Positions 25,521-37,294 of a stretch of 64,000 nucleotides of DNA are shown piece by piece (position 1 is the stretch's first letter; each line of letters begins with the position of its first letter). Origin of the DNA: Eledone cirrhosa (lineage: Eukaryota); assembly GCA_964016885.1 (NCBI GenBank), contig OZ024745.1, positions 39,928,001 through 39,992,000 on the forward strand, in the 5' to 3' direction. Both the position numbers and the translations under genes were made by a program. Under the pieces are notes generated by a model, which was not told the DNA's origin, did not search any database, and saw only the letters and a program-made list of their open reading frames with translations.

Positions 25521-28500
25521 ATTCAGGTTTGAAGTTCACCACTGGATAGAGCTGGTCAATTCCGTGTGGTCAATCGCAATGTAATAATATAGAGAGTATT
25601 CAACGTAAAGCAGTTCAACCGTCTTTGTTTTTGTAGTTGGTGGTGCTATTACGGAGTTAAATATTATAATGAAATGACAGGAGGCTGGATTTGTGTAAAT
25701 CTTTGAAAGGTTTATTATACTATGATCATTTCAATGACCGGGTTCCGTCTGAATCCGGTGATATAATCAGGTATTCGAAATATAATAAGTGAATGTAATA
25801 TATAAAATCCATGGGGCTGAAAATCAAAGACCAGAGGGCGACCGCCATCCAGCATCTTCTACCTTTGCCCGTCGCCTTCGAGTGACGTGGCTAAAGCTTA
25901 CAGTGTGCTACTACCGGTCAAATAAAGGAAAACAGAAAGGGATAGGGACATAAGTTAGCGTTAATATCATGCCACAAGAAAAAGTAAAGAAACAAATAAA
26001 GAAAGAAGAGAGAAGAAGGGGAAGGAAGAAGAAGAGAAGCCAGGGTTAATGTCAGCTATAAGAAGAAAGACAGAAAGAAAGGGGAGGAACGGTCGGTATT
26101 ACAGTCAGGCCAGGATTTTCGCGAAACATTTTTTTTTATTCTAAGGGTACGTATCTTAACAACTACTACCGGTCAAATATAGGCAAACAAAAAGGAGAAG
26201 GAAGATAAGTCAACGGGAGGAAGACAGAAAGTAGGGAGAAGAGAAGGAAGAAGTAGAAAAGTCACGGTTGATGGCTACAAGAAGAAAGATAGAAAGAAAG
26301 AGGAAGAAAGGTCGATATTAATGTCAGACTACAGTCAGGCCAGGAATGTCGCGACAACAATTTTCACAGGGACCCGTATCTTAGCAGAGGTAAATATAGT
26401 GGGGTTCAGTGTGTTATAATGTGTGAGCAGATGGATGAAGTTAAAAAATTAATATTTAATATTAAAGAAATTAGAAAATTTAACATTTTTAAGGTTGCAA
26501 GGTTTAAGCAAAGAAAGAGTCTTTTATGAAGACACTTAAATTTTATTATAGAGTAAAGATTATGTCTTTGTTTAGCCGTCAAACAACATGCGGCGACTAC
26601 AAGCTAGGGCAGCCTATAACTCCGAGTGATATCGCCTAGCGAAAGATATGGAAATCGATTTTTCGCCAGCCTGAAGTCATCCCGCATCGTTAGGCCATTC
26701 TTGTACAAAACCAGTACTATTCCTTTACCCAGGAGGGTTTTTTTGCTTAAGTAGAGGGAGGCGTGATATATCTAATAGTTCTGATTTGATCTGTAATTTA
26801 AAGGTACTATATGGCGGTTAAAAAATCGGCTGTGCGCCGGGCCCCTGGAGCAAATCAACCCACTCCGAGTAGTTTCATTTACTGAAAGAAGGGGAATTTA
26901 TTTTTCCATCCACTCAAGGTAGGCCTATGCGCCAGGGGGCCATTCCGCCTTTAGGAAAATCAACCCAACAGTCCGACAGAAAGTTGGAACGTTAAAATAT
27001 TGTTTAAATTTATAGGATGAAGTTGAAAGAATTCAGAGTAACATTATAAAATTAAGGAGTAAGAAGATTGAGAATTGAACAAACAGAAACTTTAAAATTA
27101 AACATTTAAAAAAAAATTTTTAAGGTTTTGGGTTGCGGGGTTTAGTTAAAGAGAGTCTTTTATGAAGAAATGTTAATTGTATTATGTAGATCTTCTATAA
27201 GCTATCCTAGTGGGGTGTAGAGTAAGGGATATAGTCGGGTAATATTTATTTTTGTTCTCAGGAGGAGACATTCTAGTGTCGTGTGCTAATGGGTACAAGT
27301 GAGAAAAAGTCCCAATAAGAGGAGTAGAAATACATGGATACATAGAAGTGGAATAGGTGGAAAAGCACATTAATAAAGCAAAGGTATAAATATATAAATA
27401 TATAAATAAACCAACAAGAGTGGTGGTGAAGTAAGATGGGGAAATTAAGACATAGGAGAAATACAATATAGTTCAGGTTGCAGTATTTATGTTCCCAGGG
27501 GGAAACATTCCAGTGCCGTGTGCACGCAAAAGTCCCAACAAGAGGAGTAGAAATATATGGATGTATAGAAGTAGAATACGTGGAAAAAGCATTAATACAG
27601 CAACGGTATAAAGATATATAGATATAAATAAACAAACAAGAGTGGTGGTGGAGTAAATGGAGAGATCAAGACACAGGAGAAATATATATAGTTCAAGTTG
27701 CAGTCAGATAATGCATATAGATGTGGAAATGGAATCAGTGTGTGTTCGAGTCTGAGAATTCAGTGTGAATTATACATGCCCTGGAGTATAGGATAGCGAA
27801 TTTAGTTAATACAGTGCAGTACAATACATGTTATGGTATAATCCGTAGAATTTCGTCGATGTCCGAATATTCTGAGAGGGAAGTAGCAATGGGCGGTAGG
27901 CAAAAACACTGGGTAGCCAAAATCCGAATGGTGGTTAGATCTATTCAGTCCCATGGCGCTGTTCATTATTACATTTGGAAGTGCTCAACATTTCAGGAGC
28001 ATTATTTATTCAGGTTTGAGGTTCACCACTGGATAGACCTGGTCAATTCCGTGTGGTCAATCGCAATGTAATAATATTGAGAGTACTCAATGTAAAGCAG
28101 TTCAACCGTCTTTGTTTTTGTAGTTGGTGGTGCTATTACGGAGTTAAATATTATAATGAAATGAGAGGAGGCTGGATTTGTGTAAATCCTTGAAAGGTTT
28201 ATATTCCCCATCTTACTTCACCACCACTCTTGTTGGTTTATTTATATATTTATATATTTATACCTTTGCTTTATTAATGTGCTTTTCCACCTATTCCACT
28301 TCTATGTATCCATGTATTTCTATTCCTCTTATTGGGACTTTTTCTCACTTGTACCCATTAGCACACGACACTAGAATGTCTCCCCGTGAGAACAAAAATA
28401 AATATTACCCGACTATATCCCTTACTCTACACCCCACTAGGATAGCTTATAGAAGATCTACATAATACAATTAACGTTTCTTCATAAAAGACTCTCTTTA

Positions 28501-30054
28501 ACTAAACCCCGCAACCCAAAACCTTAAAAAAATTTTTTTAAATGTTTAATTTTAAATTTTCTGTTTGTTCAATTCTCAATCTTCTTACTCCTTAATTTTA
28601 TAATGTTATTCTGAATTCTTTCAACTTCATCCTATAAATTTAAACAATATTTTAACGTTCCAACTTTCTGTCGGACTGTTGGGTTGGTTTTCCTGGCGGC
28701 GGGACCGGCCCCCTGGCGCATAGGCCTACCTTGAGAGCATGGAAAAATAAATTCCCCTTCTTACGGTAAATGAAACTACTCGGAGTGGCTTGATTCGCCC
28801 CAGGGACCCGGCGTGCAGCCGATTTTTTAACCGCCATATCGTACCTTTAAATTACAGATCAAATCAGAACTATTAGATATATCACGCCTCCCTCTACTTA
28901 AGCAAAAAACCCCTCCTGGGTAAAGGAATAGTACTGGTTTTGTACAAGAATGGCCTAACGATGCGGGATGACTTCAGGCTGGCGCAACTGCAGCCTGTTA
29001 TACATTCCTAGAGTGCTCGGAAAAATCGATTTCCATATCTTTCGCTAGGCGATATCACTCGGAGTTATAGGCTGCCCTAGCTTGTAGTCGCCGCATGCTG
29101 TTTGACGGCTAAACAAAGACATAATCTTTACTCTATAATAAAATTTAAGTGTCTTCATAAAAGACTCTTTCTTTGCTTAAACCTTGCAACCTTAAAAATG
29201 TTAAATTTTCTAATTTCTTTAATATTAAATATTAATTTTTTAACTTTATGCTATAAGTCTAAACAAAAACGTAACGTTCCAATCTTCTGCACACACATTA
29301 TAACACACTGAACCCCACTATATTTACCTCTGCTAAGATACGGGTCCCTGTAAACATTTTTTTCGCGCCATTCCTGGCCTGACTGTAGTCTGACATTAAT
29401 ATCGACCTTTCTTCCTCTTTCTTTCTATCTTTCTTCTTGTAGCCATCAACCCTGACTTTTCTACTTCTTCCTTTTCTTCCTTCTCCTCTCCCTACTTTCT
29501 GTCTTCCTCCCGCTGACTTATCTGCCTTCTCCTTTTTGTTTGCCTATAATTGTCCGACAGTAGTTATTAAGATACGGGTCCCTTAGAATAAAAATTTATT
29601 TTCGCGACAATCCTGGCCTGACTGTAATACCGACCGTGCCTCCTCTTTCTTTCTGTCTTTCTTCTTATAGCTGACATTACCCTGGCTTCTCTTCTCTTCC
29701 TTCCCCCTTCTTCTCTCTTCTTTCTTTCTTTCTTTCTTTTTTTCTTGTGGCATGATATTAACGCTAACTTATGTTCCTATCCCTTTCTGTTTTCCTTTAT
29801 TTGACCGGTAGTAGCACACTGTAAGCTTTAGCCACGTCACTCGAGAGCAACAGGGCAAAGGTAGAAGATGCTGGATGGCGGTCGCCCTCGGGTCTTAGAT
29901 TTTCAGCCCCATGGATTTTATCTATTACATTCACTTATTATATTTCGAAAACCTGTTGATATCACCTGATTCAGACGGAACCCGGTCATTGAAATGATCA
30001 TAGTATAATAAACCTTTCAAGGATTTACACAAATCCAGTCTCCTGTCCATCCAT

Positions 30055-30057
<3 letters not shown>
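25521..30057. mobile_element. 4.5-kb non-coding Penelope-like/retrozyme-like insertion: direct repeat plus 1.8-kb inverted duplication
   Basis: 25521-25715 is repeated directly at 28008-28202, and 25666-27443 is repeated inverted at 28204-30057. Hammerhead motifs at 25717-25774 (-) and 29949-30006 (+). (TA)n on both flanks. Confidence 0.85.
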
Positions 30058-30602
<545 letters not shown>

Positions 30603-31353
30603 AATATATCTACTAACATAAGCGCACAGATGTACGCTAATGCCAGCAAATACACAGGTTATGTCATAAAATAATTAGTTGGAGTGAAAATTTAAGTAAG
30701 TATGTTAATTTTTTTAACATTTTTTTTTTTTTTTTTTCTTATTTTACGTCTTTTATATATACATATATATAGCACGATCTATACGTGGATAATTTACGTC
30801 TTGATGTGGGAGCTAAGTATATGTTTTGTTTATTCCTTTACTTATTTGCATAGGTAAGTATATATTATCCGTATGTTTTGTGAAGGTATGTATACCTTCT
30901 CGTACGTATATTTGACTGTTATAGCGTATAATTTTTACATATTCTGGTATTTAGTGTTTGGCTATGTGTATACGGGAGTTTTGCGTCCGCGTGAGTGTGC
31001 AGGTTCGTACGTATGGTGGGTGTGTGTATATGTGTACTTCTTGTTTTAGTTGACTTACGTCTCCGAACATTCGTGTATTTATATGTAGGAATGCGTGTGC
31101 GCTTGTTATATACGTATTTATTTACTTATATACGTTTATATAATTATTTATTTATTTGTACACAAGCATACACACACACACATATTTATATGTGCGTGGT
31201 TTTGTATACCCATGGCAAGGTTTTGCGTATGCTTGTGTATGTACGTATCTGTTTGCGTGTATGTATTTATTTGTTTCTATTACTTCTGTATTGTATTTAT
31301 TTACTTTGTTCTTAACTCTGTAGCGGAGACTCATTTGGTCTCCTAGTTAGAAT

Positions 31354-31612
31354 TTTAGTCTACGATTTCTGCTATACCATTTACGTGGTTTTGTCTTTGC
31401 GTGCTATTGTTCTCCACGCTCCACATATGACGTATTATCTTCGTTTTTTCGTTCATTGCCAGAGAACGTCTCTATGCACCACCTAAGAGAACATTAGTCT
31501 ACGACCTCTTTTATACCATAACGTGGTTTTGTCTTTGCGCGTAATTGTTTTTCACCGCTCCTATTAATGACGTATTATTCGCTTTTTCCCGTTCTTCGCC
31601 AGCGAACGTTAC
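31354..31612. repeat. Diverged tandem duplication, ~140-bp unit
   Basis: TTAGTCTACGA..ACGTGGTTTTGTCTTTGCG..ATGACGTATTAT..GCCAG.GAACGT occurs twice. Confidence 0.75.
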
Positions 31613-31699
31613 CACGAACCAAAGTATCGTCTTCCTGTCTTCCTTCGGGTGCAACGTTTTTTGAAATATCCAGTTCTGCGTTTACAGATTGACTTTGTT

Positions 31700-31750
31700 A
31701 GTTTCAGAAGATCCCGTTAAGGGTGAAAGCAGCGATTCTTTGCTTAAACT
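31700..31750 (+). ncRNA. Hammerhead-topology motif with U4A core and U-U at stem II base
   Basis: AGTTT CAGAAGA T CCC gttaa GGG T GAAA GCA gcgattctt TGC TT AAACT. All three stems pair. Further copies at 33876-33924 (+), 33822-33868 (-) and ~1378-1425 (-). Confidence 0.55.
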
Positions 31751-32015
31751 TTAATCTGTTATTTTAATAAATATATATATGTATATATATATATAAGTAT
31801 GTGTGTATACGTACATACATATACGTACATACATTTAAGTAAGTGCCGTACTAAGAGTGAGAAATGAAATTTCGTTTTCATTTTATTTCAACTTATCGTT
31901 TTCGGTATGCCTGACCGACTATACTCACTCGATATGCAAATTAAGCTGCTCAGCCGTGAATTTTCATAAGGAAAGTATATACTTTCGAACGTTCAACTAT
32001 CTGGCAGAAGGGTAT

Positions 32016-32058
32016 ACGGTGCTGATGATAGCTAACAAGCTTGAAACTAGTACATCGT
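32016..32058 (+). ncRNA. Minimal type I hammerhead ribozyme
   Basis: ACGGTG CTGATGA T AGCT aaca AGCT T GAAA CTAG TA CATCGT. Palindromic stem III ACTAGT, GUA site. Confidence 0.8.
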
Positions 32059-32215
32059 TCCTGTGTCAGTGTTGAACAAAAAGGTGACTTGGTTGCCTTA
32101 ACACCGTACGGCATAAAATTCAGGTTGTTCAGTTTGTTTACAAACGAACAAAGCGGCGTTATAATAAGCGTCCGCTAAACTGATACGTGCATAAATGTAT
32201 GTGTACCTGTATGTA

Positions 32216-32287
<72 letters not shown>

Positions 32288-32413
32288 TGCTACTGTACGT
32301 CTGTATACATATATGTATGTACGTATACACACATACTTACATTTAAATAAGTGCCGTACTAAGAGTGAGAAATGAAATTTCGTTTTCATTTTATTTCAAC
32401 CTATATATATATA

Positions 32414-32482
<69 letters not shown>

Positions 32483-32511
32483 GTATGTATGTATATATAT
32501 ATATATATATG

Positions 32512-32578
<67 letters not shown>

Positions 32579-32579
32579 G

Positions 32580-32632
<53 letters not shown>

Positions 32633-32838
32633 TATATATATATATATATATATGCAGTTTTGAATCAACATTTGTTGATACAAAACTGCACTATTCACAA
32701 GTGTTTTTTAACCTTCATATCATGTCTTCCTATTTTATATGATGTAAACACAAATATTATTGCATGATGATATTTGTTTTTGAAATGCGCATAATAAAAT
32801 ACATGGAACTCTTTTAAACATCTTTTGATCTTATATAT

Positions 32839-32882
<44 letters not shown>

Positions 32883-33339
32883 TACTCGGGGCGGGCATTG
32901 CACCGGTTACACCGCGCCGCCTGTTTTGGCCGCCGCATTATACTTTTACAAACTCCAAGTTGGGCATGACTATTAGCTGTGTCATGCCTCCACTGACACG
33001 TAAATAAACCCCTAATGTTTGATTTAATAGTATTTGTGGTATAGACGATGGCCTGTCGAAATTGTGGAGTTCCCGCTAGCGATCTCGAGTCCAAAGTTCG
33101 CTACGTTCCTAGAGTACTCCATTTGTTTCGCTGGACGATACCATTTGAGACTGGCTGACTCATGGTGGTGGGTGTGCTGGCTGGGTCTCCCAATCGAAAT
33201 ATTTACTCTATATCCCATCCTAATATCTAAAAATTTATTCTCCGTAATTTCATTAAATAAATAAATCTCGCTACCTCTATTTTTCAATTTACCATTTTGC
33301 AATTTAATATTTTTAATTTAATTTAATTTCATCGTATAA

Positions 33340-33790
33340 CTAGCAACATAAATTTAACGTTCCAATCTTCGGTTCACACATTAGACCATACAAACAAACA
33401 TTATAGATTATTTGGGTAGTATTTTTTCGCGGCATTTTCTAACATGAATGTAGTTTGACCCTCACACTACACCTCTTTCTCCGTTTCTTTCTTTCTTCCC
33501 CTTCTTTTTTGACAGAGTGGTGGTAGCGCATTTTAAGCCTTCGCCCCCTCACCAGATATTCATTGGTAGTTTTCGGTTGCCAACACTTTGGGGGCGGCTG
33601 GCTGAGCTGCTAGTCGGCCAGCCGTCCGCTCTGTTTCTGATTTTTCGGACCCATGCTTTTTTCCTTTGTTATATTCCAATACCCGATGATATCACCGGAT
33701 TCATATGGAACCCGGTCATTGAAATGATTATAGTATAATAAACATTTCAAGGATTTACACCAGTCCAGCCTGCTGTTATTTCTTTTATAT
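33340..33790 (+). mobile_element. Older diverged copy of the 25521-30057 family with hammerhead (core CCGATGA)
   Basis: Alignable with ~29270-30050; hammerhead motif at 33679-33736. Confidence 0.7.
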
Positions 33791-33801
33791 ATATATATAT
33801 A

Positions 33802-33949
33802 TTTATTAAAATAACAGATTAAAGTTTAAGCAAAGAATCGCTGCTTTCACCCTTAACGGGATCTTCTGATGGTTTGTTTCAGAAGATCCTGTTAAGGGTG
33901 AAAGCAGCGATTCTTTGCTTAAACTTTAATCTGTTATTTTAATAAATAT
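33802..33949. repeat. Near-perfect ~68-bp-arm palindrome of two head-to-head hammerhead-like units
   Basis: TTTATTAAAATAACAGATT..GGGATCTTCTGA tggtttgtt TCAGAAGATCCTG..AATCTGTTATTTTAATAAA. Confidence 0.9.
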
Positions 33950-34057
33950 TTGCTCTACTGTTCTTATATATTTGATATATATTTATCCTTATCGAGCCCC
34001 TTTGGATTTTAGTCATCAAATTTATTATTATTACTATACATATATATATATATATAT

Positions 34058-34092
34058 ATACGTGAAACATTTATTATATATATATTATAAAG

Positions 34093-34141
<49 letters not shown>

Positions 34142-34606
34142 TATGTATACGTACGTATATATATGTATACAGACGTACAGTAGTATGTATATATAAATAT
34201 ATATATACATACATGTACACATATATATATATATATGTACGTATGGATTCACCGAACATTTATTATAATGCTCGGTGTGTTTGTAAACAAACATCCCGAA
34301 ATAAGCCGTACAGTGTCTAGCAACCATCGTTGCTCATTTGTTCAACACTGACAATGGAACTCTGTACTAGTTTCAAGCTTATTAGCTATCGTCAGCAACG
34401 TATACCTTCCTGCCAGATGGTTGAACGTCTGAAACTATATACTTTCCTAATGCATATTAACGGCTGAGATTGAAGCGAGTACAACGTTCCTTTGTCAGTA
34501 TTGAAAAAATGAGCGACGATGGTTGCTAGACACTGTACCGCTTAATTCGGGATGTTTGTTTACAAACACACAAAGCATTATAATAAATGTTCGGTGAATC
34601 CATACT

Positions 34607-34684
<78 letters not shown>

Positions 34685-34688
34685 CATG

Positions 34689-34744
<56 letters not shown>

Positions 34745-34821
34745 CTACTGTACGTATACATACTTATATTTAAGTAACAGCCGTACTAAGAGTGGGAAAT
34801 GAAATTTCGTTTCATTTTTCC

Positions 34822-34867
<46 letters not shown>

Positions 34868-34901
34868 CTATAATATATATATAAGAAATGTTTCACGTAT
34901 A
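34058..34901. mobile_element. Doubly nested fold-back element with minus-strand hammerhead
   Basis: Outer arms ~34058-34100/34862-34901; inner arms ~34240-34377/34470-34605. Hammerhead at 34359-34401 (-): CTGACGA T AGCT aata AGCT T GAAA CTAG TA. Same family as 31850-32180. Confidence 0.75.
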
Positions 34902-35009
34902 TTTTTTTTTATTGTTGTTACAATAGGTTTATGTACAATAGTTTATAACTGTACCTATTAATCCGTATGGTGAGCAAATGGGGTCCCACGTGCTGGCCTC
35001 CCCACAGCC

Positions 35010-37294
35010 CGGCGGACTGAATGGAGAAGGCTTTTCCCCGAGGTTGGTAAGGAAGATACGCTGGAAGAGCCATTCCAACTCGCGTGGCAAACACTTACGG
35101 CTGGCCAACTCAGCGCCTAGGTGGTGAATAGGGAGGTAGCTCTAGGGCCAAGGACACCAGAAGTATCGACTGCCAAGGGCACCATCACGAACCTTTTCGA
35201 GCGCGACCAGTACTTGGAGACTTTGGCGTCCTCAGCCCGACGAGCAGCAGTACCTGGGTTAGTCGCACACTGCACTAGGTTGCAGCTGGAGAAAGTGTCA
35301 CTGCAAGAGGCATCCCAGACGAAGGGTTTGCCACCGCGGAACGGGAAGAAAGTCATACTGTCTGGCCTTTTTCTATCCCCTCGGCGCAGCCCTACCAACT
35401 CAAGCTGGGAGGGGAAGCCTGCAGCGCCCAATCCATGCTTAATTGCCTCGTTCAGAGCAGTATGGCGTGGAAGGCGGTCGGCACTGTGGCGACAAAAATG
35501 CTGGTATGAGGCCGAATATGTCCACGATGGATCCACAGCGAAATGTATATGGCTGGCAGATCCGGAGTCCACGTCTTAATGAAACGCCCATGCGCAGGCT
35601 ATCGTTATCCAGCTGCCTGCCAGTGGAGAAGGAGGGCAAGGCTTGGATTCAAGCACCACTGAGGGGTTTGGGAGGTTGCGCGAAAACAGGCAAGGCGGCG
35701 TTGGTCAAGCTGGCGCCTGAGCCTGTCTGAGGCCAGGCTGCACTGGATGGCATCCCACACGCGTTGGGGGGACTTGACGTTAGTAGAGGGAGAAGGAAGA
35801 GGGACGTCTACTAGGCTAAATCCCAGCCTCTTCCACATCTCACAGGCGACCTGACTTTCCTTGAACACAGAGGGTTCTATTGTGTTTTGGAGAACCCTGC
35901 TGACGAGGACGCGGCATGAGGTTACCGATGAAAGAAACGCCGTCAAAGCCAGCGAGATCGGGGACAGGAGGCCAAGGCCGCCATATCTGACAGGTAAAGT
36001 GGCCTGTTGCCATCCAATGTCGTCAAACCTGACGTTGCATAACTTCTCAGCTGCCGCTCGGATACAATTATCGAAATCAGCGAGGAGAGATGCAGGCTGT
36101 AGCACGGAGAGCTGCGAAGGGTGTAGAGGAGCTTCGGCATGGCGAAGCAGTTCCTCTACAGGAAGAGAGCTGGGTGGCCCTCGATCAAGCCCAGTAGGTT
36201 CGTGAGGGTCTAGAGTTTTTGGGAGCCTAGACCTGATGGTGGAGCGGTTGGCCGGCGGGTGGTTCGATGACCCGAGGATGAGGACATCCTCTTTGGCGGT
36301 CAACTGTACCTGGTGGAGGATGGATCGATCGTCCGAAACGGAGACTGCGATGCTCTCAGTATCATGGCTGACATTCACCACCTCCGACTTGGACGAGTTG
36401 ACCTGGAGGCCGATTCCGAACAGGGCAGGAACCATCGATTGAAGGTCATGGCCGACAGTCTCCACGGGCCCACCCATCCTAGCATCATCTAGGTACCAAA
36501 CGTTGAGAGCACCCGTGATACTCCAGGCAATGTGATCTATACCAAGGGAAAACAGGAAGGGGCCCAAATGGTCACTCTGCTGGACCCCACATGCCGTAAA
36601 TATGACCATATCAGCAGAAAGGATCATGCTCGGAGCTCCATATGATTGGTAGGCCAGCGGGTTTGCGAAGTAGGGTCGGCTGCGGCAGGTATCGAGCAGA
36701 TGGTCCTGGGGTATACGGTTAAAGGCATTCCCCATGTCAAGCTTGACAATGAGGTACCTTTAGTCCCTGGATGCCGGTTCCAGTGAGCAGCTATTGAATA
36801 ATTGCCTGGTTGCATGTGCAGCCCCCTCCCAACAACCGGACACGCCTAAACCCAGTTGCACCGGACTGAACTCTTCAACCAGTTCAGTCGTTATGGATCT
36901 GCAGACCACCTTAGCAGCCAGCCACCGGAGGACCTTGCCCACAGCGATGGCACGTATGCCAAACTCTTTCTTCCTGAGAGCGGTCAGACTAGCCGAAAAA
37001 AAAAAGTATCGGGCGTGAGGATCCAGGGCACCATGGATAAGCCTATTGATGAGTGCTACAATTGCACTCAGAAGGCGGCGCCCGGCCTCAACGAGGAGAG
37101 GCGATAGCAACTCCTAGAGGTGGCCTGGTCGGAGAGCATCAGCACGGGCTGCTAGCTGGGAAGGACTTGATAGTAGGCATATCTGCGTTGGAAGTCATAA
37201 GGAGCAGGTGGGGATCGGGTGGGGGTATTTGTCTGAGGTCAGCGGGTGGCTCAAGGTGGTTGAGTCGCAGGGCAGCCTGGAACTCCTCGGTGGG
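35010..37294 (-). pseudogene. CRE ORF, RT and RLE part
   Basis: FFSASLTALRKKEFGIRAIAVG, PVQLGLGVSGCWEGAAHA, KLDMGNAFN, GVQQSDHLGPFLFSL, WYLDDA, QATLPVRYGGLGL; RLE motif RH..E....KRPD..WD; WLFQRI. Stops and frameshifts present. Confidence 0.9.

Noticed and set aside
26560-27000. Coding remnant (RT or GIY-YIG) in the GC-richer interior of the 4.5-kb fold-back
   Set aside because: The frames translated by hand gave no recognisable motifs and frequent stops; not all six frames were checked exhaustively.
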